A DNA stretch of 64,000 nucleotides from Actinomycetota bacterium. Its GTDB lineage: Bacteria > Actinomycetota > Acidimicrobiia > Spongiisociales > UBA5794. Made by a program: the position numbers and the translations under genes. The stretch is from assembly GCA_013151445.1 (NCBI GenBank), contig JAADIG010000022.1, positions 1,347 to 65,346 on the forward strand, given 5' to 3'. Positions 18,027 through 28,527 of the stretch are shown here, in pieces (positions within the stretch are counted from its first letter, which is position 1; each line of letters starts with the position of its first letter). Under the pieces are notes generated by a model, which searched no databases, was not told the origin of the DNA, and saw only the letters and a program-made list of their open reading frames with translations.

Positions 18027-18781
18027 GGTTGTTCTCCGACGTGCATGGTGGCATCGAACCCTTGCGGAAACTGTCGCGAGCAGGCGGTCCGGTCCTGATT
18101 CTCGGTGACCTCATCAACCTCATCGACTACCGATCGTGGTCGGGAATTCTTCCCGATGTGTGTGGTGTGGAGTTCGTCAGGGAAATGAGCGACCTACGAA
18201 TCGCCGGGCGCATGGCGGAACTCAAGAATCGTTGGGACGATCTGCGCTCCGGTCGCGAGGAAGAACTTGATGCGGCGTTTGGTGCCGCGTACCAGGATGC
18301 TTACACCGCCATAGGTAGTGCGTTGAAGGGGTTGGAGGGTTACGTCACGTTCGGAAACGTCGATCGTGTCGATCTGTTGCGGGAATGCCTCCCCGACGGT
18401 CTCGTCTTTGTCTCGGCTGGCACGGTAGAGGTCGATGGATACAAGGTCGGTATCGTTGGTGGTGGCACTCGGCGCACCGGTGCGCCGGGCGAGCTTGTGG
18501 AGGGCGAGATGAAACAACGCCTCGCCGTGCTCGGGCCCGTCGACATTCTGTGCACTCATGTGCCACCGCTTGTTCCCGCGCTTGCCACGGACGTTGTTGC
18601 CGGCTCCGGGAAGGGATCCGCGGCTGTCCTCGACTACATCGAGGAGCATCAGCCCGGCTACCACTACTTCGGTGACGTTCATCAGCCGCGAGCTACAACG
18701 TGGGACGTTGGACGCACCCGCTGCCACAACGTCGGGTTCTTCCGGGCGACGGGGCGAACCGTGGACCATGAGCCGCGTTAA
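18023..18781 (+). CDS. metallophosphoesterase (calcineurin-like phosphoesterase)
   Basis: Motifs LFSDVHGG (D-x-H), ILGDLINLID (GD), FGNVD (GN[HD]) and CTHVPP. GTG at 18023 overlaps the upstream stop. The listed ORF from 17813 has an Arg/Cys-rich junk N-terminus. Confidence 0.7.
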   Translation: MRLFSDVHGGIEPLRKLSRAGGPVLILGDLINLIDYRSWSGILPDVCGVEFVREMSDLRIAGRMAELKNRWDDLRSGREEELDAAFGAAYQDAYTAIGSALKGLEGYVTFGNVDRVDLLRECLPDGLVFVSAGTVEVDGYKVGIVGGGTRRTGAPGELVEGEMKQRLAVLGPVDILCTHVPPLVPALATDVVAGSGKGSAAVLDYIEEHQPGYHYFGDVHQPRATTWDVGRTRCHNVGFFRATGRTVDHEPR

Positions 18782-19517
18782 TCTTTCTTCCCTGGCCCGA
18801 GGTTATGACCATCGGCCCATGAGCAAGTCGGCGATTCTTCGCGCCCAGGAGGCCATATCGTCACAGACTCGTCCGGTCCGTGTTGCTCTCGACATTGGTG
18901 GGGGCCGCGGTAACCACGCTGCCATTTGGGCAGACGCCGATATTCTTTCTGTCGTGCTCGACCCCTCGTTGGCGATGCTCGCTTACGTTCCGGGCAACGT
19001 TCATCGTGTGTGCGGAGTAGCCCAGGTGATCCCTCTCGCCACTGCGGCCGTCGACCTGGCTTATTTCCACTTGTCGATCCACTACGGCGATTGGCGAGCA
19101 TCGCTTTGCGAGGCATGTCGAGCGCTGGCACCGCGTGGCCAAGGACGCATCTACACGCTCGGCCAGCGGCATCATCGCCGGTCGTTCCTCAATCGTTGGT
19201 TTCCCTCGGTTCAGGCCTTGGACGCAGGCCGTTTCCCGGACCCAGCAGACATTGCGTCATATTTGGAGCGCCGGGGATGTGATGTCGATCATTGCGAGGT
19301 CGATGAAGTTGTTCGAACAACACCCGTCGAGTTCGAGCGTTCCGTACGCGCCGGGTACGTCTCGACCTTGCAGTTCGTGAATGCCGAGGAACTAGACCGA
19401 GGGCTTGCGGCGTTCGGTCGAGAGTATGCCGACCGTGACATCGTTGAGTATGTTCTGGCGCTTGACCGAATCGCTTGGACCATGCCCGGCGGTACTTCCG
19501 ATCCAGACATCAGGTGA
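18768..19517 (+). CDS. class I SAM-dependent methyltransferase
   Basis: Motif I VALDIGGGRGNHA with a Rossmann-like continuation. Start at ATG 18768 (14-nt overlap with the phosphoesterase), or alternatively ATG 18819. Confidence 0.65.
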   Translation: MSRVNLSSLARGYDHRPMSKSAILRAQEAISSQTRPVRVALDIGGGRGNHAAIWADADILSVVLDPSLAMLAYVPGNVHRVCGVAQVIPLATAAVDLAYFHLSIHYGDWRASLCEACRALAPRGQGRIYTLGQRHHRRSFLNRWFPSVQALDAGRFPDPADIASYLERRGCDVDHCEVDEVVRTTPVEFERSVRAGYVSTLQFVNAEELDRGLAAFGREYADRDIVEYVLALDRIAWTMPGGTSDPDIR

Positions 19518-19583
19518 GACCAACCCGTGCGGGTACACACAGGCTACGCTACGGCGCAAGACGTGTGACGTGGAGGTGAGTTT

Positions 19584-20024
19584 ATGGCCGTTGAGGGTAC
19601 CGTGCAGAGTATTGAGATCTCTGCTCCCCCGGACCGGGTGTTCGAGGTGGCGACCGATGTTGGCTCATATCCGGACTGGGTATCTGGTGTGAAGTCGGTT
19701 GATATCCTCGAAGAATTCGAAGATGGGCTGCCGTCGCGGGTCGAGTTTGTTGCGGACGCGATGATCAAGGAGATCTCGTACACCCTCCAATACTCATTCG
19801 AGTCCGATCGTAAATTCTCCTGGGTTGCCGAGCCCGGAGTCGACATCCGTCTTCTTGAGGGGAGCTACGCATTCACGGAGCTTGAGGACGGATCCACCGA
19901 GGTGCTCTATGCCCTGCGGGTCGATCCTGCCTTCACGGTTCCGGGATTCCTGCGTCGTCAGGCGGAAAAACAGATCGTTTCGAGTGCGCTACGGGGTCTC
20001 AAGAAACGCGCCGAGATAGCCTGA
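19584..20024 (+). CDS. SRPBCC family protein (polyketide cyclase/dehydrase-like, START/Bet v1 fold)
   Basis: 146-aa ORF with GGAGGTGAG Shine-Dalgarno. Typical length and beta-rich pattern of the SRPBCC superfamily. Confidence 0.6.
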   Translation: MAVEGTVQSIEISAPPDRVFEVATDVGSYPDWVSGVKSVDILEEFEDGLPSRVEFVADAMIKEISYTLQYSFESDRKFSWVAEPGVDIRLLEGSYAFTELEDGSTEVLYALRVDPAFTVPGFLRRQAEKQIVSSALRGLKKRAEIA

Positions 20025-20050
20025 GAGAGCACGCCAACGAGGAGGATCCA

Positions 20051-20986
20051 ATGGCATCCATTGGAGTTGATATCGGGGGAACGAAGGTGCTCGGCGTACT
20101 TCTTGAAGAGAGTACGGTCGTCCGGCGCGTGAAACTCGCGACACCGTCCCAACCAGCTGACCTCGCCAAATCGGTCGAGAACGTTGTGGGAGAGCTCGGT
20201 GGAGCGGACTCCGTTGGGGTCGGTATTGCTGGGCTGGTGCAGTTCCCCGAGGGTGTGTTCGCCTGGGGACCTCACGTTGCTGGCACGCGCCTACCGCTGC
20301 GTGATCAGCTTGAGGAGCTGCTGGATGTTCCGATCGTTGTCGACTCTGACGCCAACACCGCGGCGTACGCCGAGATGACCATTGGGAATGGCCGTGGGTA
20401 CTCGAACATGCTGCTCGTAACACTCGGTACCGGCATTGGTGGTGCGATTGTGATCGGTGGGAGGCTGTACCGGGGCGACTCGTTTGCGGGGGAGTGGGGT
20501 CACATGTTGTACCAGCCGAACGGGCGTCAATGCGCATGCGGCAAACAAGGTTGTTGGGAGACCGTGGCGTCCGGGCCCGCACTCGCCGCGTTGGCGACGG
20601 CTTTTGTCTCGGAGAACCCGTCGGGCTCGCTGAGTCATCTTCTTTCGGACACAGCCATCACTGGAAAGGCGGTTACCCAGGCCGCAGATGCGGGGGACGA
20701 GGTAGCACGTGGGTTGGTCACCCAGGTTGGTGCCGACTTCGGGCGTGGACTGTGCAACTTGATAGCGATCTTCGATCCGGAGGTCGTCGTTGTCGGTGGC
20801 GGCCTTGGATCAATAGGTGAGTCGATTCTTGGTCCGGCCCGACGGGTTGCCGCCGATGCTTTGCATGGGGCCGCGCATCGTATGCTGCCCCCGATACTCG
20901 TCGCCGGGTTGGGTCCGGACGCAGGTGCGATCGGTGCCGGTCTCATGGCACAGGAAGTCGCCGAGAACGGAATCGAGAGCGTATGA
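20051..20986 (+). CDS. ROK family glucokinase
   Basis: IGVDIGGTK N-terminal ATP motif and the CACGKQGCWE zinc motif of ROK kinases. GGAGGA Shine-Dalgarno. Confidence 0.85.
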   Translation: MASIGVDIGGTKVLGVLLEESTVVRRVKLATPSQPADLAKSVENVVGELGGADSVGVGIAGLVQFPEGVFAWGPHVAGTRLPLRDQLEELLDVPIVVDSDANTAAYAEMTIGNGRGYSNMLLVTLGTGIGGAIVIGGRLYRGDSFAGEWGHMLYQPNGRQCACGKQGCWETVASGPALAALATAFVSENPSGSLSHLLSDTAITGKAVTQAADAGDEVARGLVTQVGADFGRGLCNLIAIFDPEVVVVGGGLGSIGESILGPARRVAADALHGAAHRMLPPILVAGLGPDAGAIGAGLMAQEVAENGIESV

Positions 20987-21432
20987 CCGACCACAATCTC
21001 GTCGACGGTGTTGCCGAACCCGTGGTTCCGCGCCGTTCGACCGGCGCAGTGGTGAGCGAAGCCCTCCGGGTTGCTCCGAACCTCATCAAACTTATCTGGC
21101 GATGCATGACCGACCGGCGCGTCCCGATCCGCGCCAAGGTTGTCGCGGCGGCCGCCACTGGATACTTCATTTCGCCGGTGGACCTTGTTCCGGACTTCAT
21201 TCCCGTTGTTGGTCAACTCGATGACCTCCTCATGCTATTCCTCGGTATTCATCACCTCATCAGGGCGACCCCGCCCGAGGTGATAGCTGAACTCTGGGAC
21301 GGCGAGGAGGATGCTCTCGAACTCGTGACAGGGTTTCTTGCCTGGATGGCCGAGCTGGTCCCGGGACCGCTGCACCGTATCGCCAGTGGCGGTACCGGCA
21401 GCGTGGAATCTCCCGCATCGGCGTCTTCGTAG
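20983..21432 (+). CDS. DUF1232 (YkvA-like) domain membrane protein
   Basis: [21 protein letters not shown] signature. ATGA overlap with the glucokinase stop. Confidence 0.7.
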   Translation: MTDHNLVDGVAEPVVPRRSTGAVVSEALRVAPNLIKLIWRCMTDRRVPIRAKVVAAAATGYFISPVDLVPDFIPVVGQLDDLLMLFLGIHHLIRATPPEVIAELWDGEEDALELVTGFLAWMAELVPGPLHRIASGGTGSVESPASASS

Positions 21433-21460
21433 CATCTCGCTGAGCAGCTACGCTCCTCCC

Positions 21461-22657
21461 ATGGAGTTTCGACGCATCAACAACCTACCTCCGTACGTTT
21501 TCGCGGAGATCAATCAACTCAAGTTGGAAGCCCGCAGAGCTGGCGAGGACGTCGTGGATCTCGCCTTCGGGAATCCGGACATCCCGTCGTCGCCGGCCGT
21601 CGTCGACAAACTGGTTGAAGCAGCCCAGAACGACCGCAACCACCGGTACAGCGCAAGCCGCGGTATACCGAATCTCCGTAGGGCGCTCGCCGATCGATAT
21701 ATGAGAAGATTCGGCGTCGAGTTGGATCCGGACACCGAAGTGATCACGACGATAGGGGCCAAGGAAGGCCTCTCACACCTGATGTGGGCACTCGTTCAAC
21801 CGGGTGACGTCGCTCTCGTTCCCGAACCTTCGTACCCGATCCACATGTATGCGCCAGCCCTTGCAGGTGCCGAGGTACGCAGAGTCCCGATCAGTCAAGG
21901 AAGTGACTTCTTTGCGGGCGTGGAACGGGCCTTTGCGGACACGTGGCCGAGACCGCGGGTCATCGTTATTTCCTTCCCGCACAATCCGACGACCACTACT
22001 GTTGACCTGGAGTTCTTTGAACGTCTCGTCGGTTTCGCACGCACCAACGATGTCATGCTGGTTCACGACTTCGCCTACGCCGACATTTCCTTCGACGGGT
22101 ACACACCACCGAGTCTCCTCCAAGTGCCGGGTGCAAAAGAGGTTGGTGTGGAGTTGTACACCCTCACCAAGGGTCATTCGATGGCCGGATGGCGGGTCGG
22201 TTTTGTTGCGGGCAACAGCGACATGGTGGCGGCACTCGCAAAGCTCAAGTCCTACCTCGACTACGGAACGTTTCAGCCCATCCAGATAGCGTCGATCATC
22301 GCGCTCAACGACGGTGATGAGTTCGTCGGTGAAGTGAACGCCATCTACGACAAGCGGATGAATATTCTCATCGACGGCCTGAACCGCGCCGGATGGCGCA
22401 TCGAGAAGCCGCGAGGCACGATGTTCGTGTGGGCTTGTATCCCGGAGCCGTTCCAGGCAGCCGGCTCGATGGAATTCGCACGTACCCTGCTTCGTGAAGC
22501 CAAGGTTGCGGTTTCGCCTGGCATCGGCTTCGGACCGAGCGGCGAGGGGTTTGTTCGTTTCGCACTGGTCGAGAACGAACACCGGATTCAGCAGGCGGTG
22601 CGGGGAATCCGTCGCGTCCTAGAAGGCACAACCATTGGAGCTCACCATGGCGTTTAG
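21461..22657 (+). CDS. pyridoxal phosphate-dependent aminotransferase, class I/II fold
   Basis: [37 protein letters not shown]-terminal pattern and the [10 protein letters not shown] region of fold-type I aminotransferases. Start is the first Met after the upstream stop. Confidence 0.75.
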   Translation: MEFRRINNLPPYVFAEINQLKLEARRAGEDVVDLAFGNPDIPSSPAVVDKLVEAAQNDRNHRYSASRGIPNLRRALADRYMRRFGVELDPDTEVITTIGAKEGLSHLMWALVQPGDVALVPEPSYPIHMYAPALAGAEVRRVPISQGSDFFAGVERAFADTWPRPRVIVISFPHNPTTTTVDLEFFERLVGFARTNDVMLVHDFAYADISFDGYTPPSLLQVPGAKEVGVELYTLTKGHSMAGWRVGFVAGNSDMVAALAKLKSYLDYGTFQPIQIASIIALNDGDEFVGEVNAIYDKRMNILIDGLNRAGWRIEKPRGTMFVWACIPEPFQAAGSMEFARTLLREAKVAVSPGIGFGPSGEGFVRFALVENEHRIQQAVRGIRRVLEGTTIGAHHGV

Positions 22658-23702
22658 CGATGGGCAAGCAGATTTTCGCAGCGACACGGTCACACGACCG
22701 ACGGCGGCTATGAGGGCGGCGATGGCTTCCGCTGATGTCGGTGATGATGTCTACGGCGAGGACCCGACAGTGAACGCCCTGGAAGAACGCGTCGCTGGAC
22801 TTCTGGGAGTCGAAGCGGCGCTGTATGTGACGTCGGGAATGATGGGCAACCAGATAGCGATCAACCTTCTCACCCGCCCAGGTGACGAAATCTTGTGTGT
22901 TGAGACGGCCCACGTGCGCAACCACGAAAACGGCGCTGCGTCGGCGAATTCGGGTGTCGCGTTTCGGACCGTGACGACCAGCGGAGGGCAGATTTCGCCG
23001 GAGACCATCGCCCGTCTCACCGCCGAGTCCGGCTACCACCTACCGTCGATCACGTTGCTGTCCTGGGAGAACACCCACAACTACTCGGGTGGGACCGTGG
23101 TCCCCTTTGACGTACTCGTGGCGGGTTCCGAGGCAGCCCGGTCACACGGGATGCGGGTACACCTTGACGGTGCGCGCCTGTGGAATGCCGCGATCGCTTC
23201 TGGTGTCGACCTTGCCCAATGGACGGGGATCACCGATTCGGTACAAGTGTGTTTCTCCAAGGGGTTGGGAGCACCCGTGGGATCCGCGGTATGCGGTTCC
23301 AAGGATTTCGTGGAGGCGGCTCGAGCAGTTCGTCACCGACTGGGTGGTGCGATGCGTCAGGTGGGGGTGCTTGCGGCGGCGGTTGACGTTGCCCTTGACG
23401 AATGGGAGCGAATTGACGGAGACCACACACTGGCCCGTGAGCTTGCGGTTGGGTTGGCGGAGCGGTTCCCCCTGAGCGTGAATCCGAGCCCCGAAACGAA
23501 CATGGTGTTGCTCCACGAGCAGGGATGTTCGGTACCGCTCAAGACGATCGAGACGGCGCTTGGCGAGGCTGGTGTCAGAGTTGGATTCATATCGCCGACG
23601 ATGTTGCGCTTTTGTACACATCGCGACGTCAATTCGGACGACGTCCGCAGGGTGCTTGGTGTTGTCGACATGCTGGTGGCCGATCTTCCGACAAACCGGT
23701 AA
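22647..23702 (+). CDS. ltaE: low-specificity L-threonine aldolase
   Basis: [10 protein letters not shown]...[17 protein letters not shown]...SGMMGNQ motifs of the threonine aldolase (beta-eliminating lyase) family. GGAG precedes ATG 22647. Confidence 0.8.
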   Translation: MAFSDGQADFRSDTVTRPTAAMRAAMASADVGDDVYGEDPTVNALEERVAGLLGVEAALYVTSGMMGNQIAINLLTRPGDEILCVETAHVRNHENGAASANSGVAFRTVTTSGGQISPETIARLTAESGYHLPSITLLSWENTHNYSGGTVVPFDVLVAGSEAARSHGMRVHLDGARLWNAAIASGVDLAQWTGITDSVQVCFSKGLGAPVGSAVCGSKDFVEAARAVRHRLGGAMRQVGVLAAAVDVALDEWERIDGDHTLARELAVGLAERFPLSVNPSPETNMVLLHEQGCSVPLKTIETALGEAGVRVGFISPTMLRFCTHRDVNSDDVRRVLGVVDMLVADLPTNR

Positions 23703-23734
23703 CCCAACATGTTCCACCGGAGTCGTAACCCCGT

Positions 23735-24661
23735 ATGAACTATGCAGTGCTTTTCCCCGGCCAAGGTAGCCAGACAATTGGCATGGGGGCCGACGTGTTT
23801 GCCCAACGTCCCGACCTTCTCGGTGCGGCCGCGGAGCAGACCCTCGGCTGGTCTCTCGAACGGCTTGTTGCCAGCGGCTCCGAAGAGGAGCTGACACGGA
23901 CCGACCGGGCACAGCCAGCGCTCTACGGCGTTGCCTACGCGCTGTGGGAAGCCTTCTCGGCCGCCGTCTCGACCCCACCGATCGCGGCTGCGGGGCATTC
24001 GCTCGGTGAGTACACCGCGCTCGCCGCTGCCGGTGCGATGGACTTTCAGACCGGTCTTGGACTTGTGGCCGCCCGAGGTACCGCCATGCAGCGATGCGCC
24101 GAGCAGGCAGACTCGGGTATGGCGGCCCTTCTCGGAGCCGACCTCGCCACCGCCGAGGCGTTGTGTGACGCCCGCAGAGAGAGCGGCGGAGAACTATGGG
24201 TTGCCAATATCAACGCACCGGGTCAGGTGGTGGTCGCCGGTGGTGCCGAGGATATCCACTGGGCGGTGGAACATGGGCGCGATCACGGCGTGCGCCGAGT
24301 CATTCCCCTCAAGGTTGCCGGTGCGTTCCACTCTCCGTTCATGGCTGCGGCATCACAGGAACTCGGCGCCGCCCTTGCGGGCGTGACGTTTGCGACACCG
24401 GCGTTTGACGTGTTCGCCAACGTAACCGCCGCACCGGTGAACGATATCCGAAGCAATCTCGCCGATCAGCTCGTGAACCAGGTGCGCTTCTCTGAAACTC
24501 TCCTGGCGATGGCCGATGCCGGCGTCGGGACGTTTGTGCATATTGGTCCGGGAGATGTGACAGCAACGATGGCCAGGCGGACCGTGAAACAAGCATCCGT
24601 CCTCGTTGTTTCCGAGATCGATGACATCGCCGCAGTCGCAGAGGAGCTGACCGTACAATGA
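23735..24661 (+). CDS. fabD: malonyl CoA-ACP transacylase
   Basis: GQGSQ and GHSLGEY active-site motifs. Confidence 0.9.
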   Translation: MNYAVLFPGQGSQTIGMGADVFAQRPDLLGAAAEQTLGWSLERLVASGSEEELTRTDRAQPALYGVAYALWEAFSAAVSTPPIAAAGHSLGEYTALAAAGAMDFQTGLGLVAARGTAMQRCAEQADSGMAALLGADLATAEALCDARRESGGELWVANINAPGQVVVAGGAEDIHWAVEHGRDHGVRRVIPLKVAGAFHSPFMAAASQELGAALAGVTFATPAFDVFANVTAAPVNDIRSNLADQLVNQVRFSETLLAMADAGVGTFVHIGPGDVTATMARRTVKQASVLVVSEIDDIAAVAEELTVQ

Positions 24662-24689
24662 CTACCGATTTCGACCCCGGAGGCGTTGC

Positions 24690-25739
24690 GTGAAAGCGAC
24701 TATCACCGGCTGGGGCAAGTATTTGCCGCCAGCCGTGCTGACAAACGATGATCTTGCATCGGTTGTCGATACGAACGACGAGTGGATAACGTCGCGCAGC
24801 GGCATCCGGAAGCGTCGCATCTCTCACATCGATACGTCGGAGATGTCGACTCACGCCGCACGCGAAGCGCTCGCTACTTCCGGTGTCGATCCCAAGGACA
24901 TCGATTTCATCATCGTATGTACCTGTTCACCGAATCGGCTGATCCCGTCCACTGCATCGTTCGTGCAGCATCAAATCGGTGCGGTGAATGCGGGAGCTAT
25001 CGACGCAAACGCTGCTTGCAGCGGGTATGTCTACGGGTTGTCCATCGTGTCAGCAATGATCGAGGCGGGTCATATCAAGACGGCATTGATTATCGGTGCC
25101 GAACGGCTGTCGTCGTATATGAGCCTCGATGACCGGTCGACCGTTGTGCTCTTTGGTGATGGTGCCGGCGCTTCGATCGTGCAGGCGACCGAGGGCATCG
25201 GTGGTGTCGAGTCGACGGTCATTGGCAATGATGGCGAGTTTGCGGAGGCGCTGACGATTCCTGGATCGGGAACCGAGGCGAACCCGCGCGCCGACGGTGT
25301 GGTGGCTGTCACAATGGATGGTGCAGAAATTTTCCGCGGAGCGGTGACGAAGATGGCCGAATCGGCGAACGCCGCGATTGCGAAAGCGGGATGGGAGATT
25401 GACGACGTTGATCTACTTGTGCCACATCAAGCAAACGTGCGCATCATCGATTCGGTTGCGCGGCGCATCAAGCTTGGCGAGGGGAAGGCGTTCGTGAACA
25501 TCGCCGAGTACGGGAACACGAGTGCCGCGACCGTTCCGATTGCCATTGCTGAGGCGGTTGAGCAGGGTCGTATTAACACAGGTGACAAGGTTGTATTCGT
25601 GGCGTTTGGCGGGGGAGTGAGCTGGGGTGCCGTGGCACTCGAATGGGGTGGCTCGACCGAGCCCAAGGGCAGCTACGTTGCGGATGTTGAACCACCGACC
25701 AAGACTGCCCTGGAGCTACTACAGGACCTTCAGCAATGA
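24690..25739 (+). CDS. fabH: 3-oxoacyl-ACP synthase III
   Basis: KAS III Cys-His-Asn architecture (AACSGYVYGL, VPHQANVRI, GNTSAATVP). GTG start preceded by GGAGG. Confidence 0.9.
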   Translation: MKATITGWGKYLPPAVLTNDDLASVVDTNDEWITSRSGIRKRRISHIDTSEMSTHAAREALATSGVDPKDIDFIIVCTCSPNRLIPSTASFVQHQIGAVNAGAIDANAACSGYVYGLSIVSAMIEAGHIKTALIIGAERLSSYMSLDDRSTVVLFGDGAGASIVQATEGIGGVESTVIGNDGEFAEALTIPGSGTEANPRADGVVAVTMDGAEIFRGAVTKMAESANAAIAKAGWEIDDVDLLVPHQANVRIIDSVARRIKLGEGKAFVNIAEYGNTSAATVPIAIAEAVEQGRINTGDKVVFVAFGGGVSWGAVALEWGGSTEPKGSYVADVEPPTKTALELLQDLQQ

Positions 25740-26473
25740 ATGGCCGTGTCGCTCTTGTGACCGGTGCATCCCGCGGTATCGGCCGCGAGATAGCTCTAGA
25801 ACTAGCCAGCAGTGGTCACATTGTTGCGGTGAACTATTCGCGTAGCGCCGACGCTGCCGCCGCGGTTGTCAACGAGATCGAGGCCGCCGGCGGTAGTGCA
25901 CTCGCGGTCCAGGCGGACGTCGGTGACGCTGAGGCGGTCGATTCCATGGTGAGCCGAATCACCGAGGAGCTTGGTCCAATCGCCGTGTTGGTGAACAACG
26001 CTGGCATCACGCGTGACGGACTCTTGCTCCGCATGTCGGCGGAAGACTTCGATGCCGTCATCGAGACCAACCTGCGCTCCGTGTTCCTTTGCTCGAAGGC
26101 CGTGCTGCGCGCGATGATGCGCGCCAAGTGGGGCAGAATCATCACTATTGGGTCCGTGTCCGGGGTGTACGGAAATGCGGGCCAGGCCAACTACTCGGCA
26201 GCCAAGGCGGGACTCATGGGGTTCAGCCGTTCGCTTGCCAAAGAAATTGGCTCGCGCGGTATTACGGTGAACGTCGTGGCTCCCGGTTTCATCGTCTCAG
26301 ATATGACCGCAGAACTCGGAGACGATGCGATGGAGAGTGTCGCAAAGCAGATCAGCCTTGGGCGTCTTGGGCGCCCGGAAGAAGTGGCGTCGGCGGTAGG
26401 CTATCTTGCCTCCGACGACGCCGGATATATCACGGGTCATACGCTTGTCATCGACGGCGGCATGGCCCTCTAG
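25736..26473 (+). CDS. fabG: 3-oxoacyl-ACP reductase (SDR)
   Basis: TGASRGIG cofactor motif and YSAAK catalytic motif. ATGA overlap with fabH. Confidence 0.85.
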   Translation: MNGRVALVTGASRGIGREIALELASSGHIVAVNYSRSADAAAAVVNEIEAAGGSALAVQADVGDAEAVDSMVSRITEELGPIAVLVNNAGITRDGLLLRMSAEDFDAVIETNLRSVFLCSKAVLRAMMRAKWGRIITIGSVSGVYGNAGQANYSAAKAGLMGFSRSLAKEIGSRGITVNVVAPGFIVSDMTAELGDDAMESVAKQISLGRLGRPEEVASAVGYLASDDAGYITGHTLVIDGGMAL

Positions 26474-26492
26474 GGATCAGGAGAACCCGCAC

Positions 26493-26738
26493 ATGGACCG
26501 AGCAGGAATTGAATCGAAACTCACGGACATCCTCGTGGATGAACTCGGTATCGACCGTGACGCTGTCACGATGAAAGCCAAGTTTGAGGAAGACCTGGAA
26601 GTAGATTCGCTGGGAGTTGTCGAGTTGCTGATGGCGCTTGAGGACAACTTCGATGTCAAGATCCCCGACGATGAGGCGCAGGCTCTCGTAACGGTTGGGG
26701 ACGCAGTGGACATCGTCGAGCAAAAGATGAATGGCTGA
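26493..26738 (+). CDS. acpP: acyl carrier protein
   Basis: 81 aa with the DSLGVVEL phosphopantetheine attachment motif. AGGAG Shine-Dalgarno. The listed ORF start at 26406 overlaps the fabG 3' end and is rejected. Confidence 0.85.
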   Translation: MDRAGIESKLTDILVDELGIDRDAVTMKAKFEEDLEVDSLGVVELLMALEDNFDVKIPDDEAQALVTVGDAVDIVEQKMNG

Positions 26739-26746
26739 TCAGCACT

Positions 26747-28000
26747 ATGTCTGAACGACGACGGGTAGTCGTGACGGGTCTTGGGACCATCAATCCGATT
26801 GGTGCGACCGTGGATGAGTTTTGGTCGAATGCGCTAGCCGGGGTTTCTGGCATCGGCCCGATCACGCTCTTTGATGCGTCGGATGTCACGACCCGGATCG
26901 CTGGCGAGGTTTCGGGTTTCGACCCGGATGAGTATATGCCGAGACGGGAGTCTCGTCGTCTGGACCGTTCAACACAGTTCTTCCAGATTGCCGCCGGTCA
27001 GGCACTTGAAGATGCCGGCATTGCCTACGAGGAGGATGAGCCCGCTGCCCTGCGTGCCGGCGTGCTTGTCGGTTCGGGCATTGGTGGGATTAGCACGACC
27101 CAGGCCGAGATCGACATTATGCGCGAGCGGGGCGCCGGACGAGTGTCACCGTTGGCGATCACCAAGGTTATTTCCAACATGCCTGGCGGTGTGGTGTCGA
27201 TAGCATTCCACCTGTACGGACCTAACTCCACCACAGTGACCGCGTGTGCCGCTTCAGCGAACGCCATTGGTGATGCGGCAGAAATTATTCGACGGGGAGC
27301 GGCGGATGTCATGGTTGCCGGGGGCACCGAGGCCGCGATTTGTGAGTTTGCGGTGGCGGGATTCTGCGCTTCGCGGGCAATGTCGACGCGCAACGATGAT
27401 CCAACATCGGCGTCGCGGCCGTTTGATGCTGACCGTGACGGTTTTGTGATGGGGGAGGGGTCAGCGGCGCTGGTCCTCGAGTCGCTGGAGAACGCCCAGC
27501 AGCGCGGCGCACACATCTATGGAGAGATTTTGGGATACGGCATGTCCGCTGATGCCTATCACATCACCCTGCCGAGACCCGGCGGTGATGGAGCCCGTCG
27601 TGCCATGGTTGCATCGCTTGAGGATGCTGGCCTCGCACCCGAGGACATCGACTACATCAATGCCCACGGGACTTCGACGGCTGCGAACGATGCCACCGAG
27701 ACGATCGCGATCAAGAACGCGTTTGGTGACGCTGCCAACACGGTGGCGATCTCGTCGACGAAATCAATGACCGGGCATCTCCTTGGGGGAGCGGGTGCCG
27801 TTGAAGCCCTCGTTTGTCTCTTGGCGATGCGTGATGCCATGGTGCCGCCGACGATTAACTACGAGACCCCGGACCCCGACTGCGACCTCGACTACGTGCC
27901 GAACGTTGCTCGGGAGATGCCGGTGAGATACGCCATGTCTAACTCCTTCGGTTTCGGCGGGCATAACGTGGCGCTGACCATCGGTGCGTTCACCGACTGA
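26747..28000 (+). CDS. fabF: 3-oxoacyl-ACP synthase II
   Basis: KAS II with active-site Cys (TACAASANA), HGTST and GHLLGGAG motifs. Confidence 0.9.
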   Translation: MSERRRVVVTGLGTINPIGATVDEFWSNALAGVSGIGPITLFDASDVTTRIAGEVSGFDPDEYMPRRESRRLDRSTQFFQIAAGQALEDAGIAYEEDEPAALRAGVLVGSGIGGISTTQAEIDIMRERGAGRVSPLAITKVISNMPGGVVSIAFHLYGPNSTTVTACAASANAIGDAAEIIRRGAADVMVAGGTEAAICEFAVAGFCASRAMSTRNDDPTSASRPFDADRDGFVMGEGSAALVLESLENAQQRGAHIYGEILGYGMSADAYHITLPRPGGDGARRAMVASLEDAGLAPEDIDYINAHGTSTAANDATETIAIKNAFGDAANTVAISSTKSMTGHLLGGAGAVEALVCLLAMRDAMVPPTINYETPDPDCDLDYVPNVAREMPVRYAMSNSFGFGGHNVALTIGAFTD

Positions 28001-28119
28001 CTCATTGGCTGTCCTGTCAACAGTGGGAATGGTTCGTCCGAGTAACCACCCCAACGACTTGTCCGCATCCGCCGGTCCCGGCGTGGTGTGGCGACACCCG
28101 TGAGACAGGGTGGATTCGG

Positions 28120-28527
28120 TTAGGGACGTTCGTCGGTTTCGCATCCGACAGTGGGCGGTGGTTTCCCTGTGGCAATCGCGGTTCGGTACTCGTCGAACGA
28201 ACGCACTGTGAGTGCCACGACAAGGCCCACTCCGACGATTCCGCCGATGCCGGTAACGATGCCGGCAGTGTTTGCGATGGTCGCGCAGGTTCCCGGAAGA
28301 CACATCGCCTGCACAGTTGCGGTGCCAGCAAGCGCTCCGACGAACCCGCCTGCCAGTACCGGAACTGCAACGACGGCGCGCATTTTTGTCTGCACCATCA
28401 CGATCGCCATGGCGGCAAAAAGTAGCGCAGCAAGCAGCCAGGCGACGGGGGAACCACCGAACACGCTACCGACTCCAAAGGCGGCAAGCAGCGCAGCGAG
28501 AGAGATAGCGATGTCCGATGGGGTCAC
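28120..28527 (-). CDS. hypothetical Gly/Ala-rich membrane protein
   Basis: Three or four predicted TM helices. ATGA overlap with the upstream membrane gene. Preferred over the antisense PT-rich ORF 28151..28564. Confidence 0.45.
   Translation of the reverse strand: MTPSDIAISLAALLAAFGVGSVFGGSPVAWLLAALLFAAMAIVMVQTKMRAVVAVPVLAGGFVGALAGTATVQAMCLPGTCATIANTAGIVTGIGGIVGVGLVVALTVRSFDEYRTAIATGKPPPTVGCETDERP

Noticed and set aside
28001-28119. Possible terminator or tRNA in the fabF convergent gap
   Set aside because: No stable GC hairpin followed by a T-run, and no tRNA T-arm (GTTCRANYC) motif found by eye.
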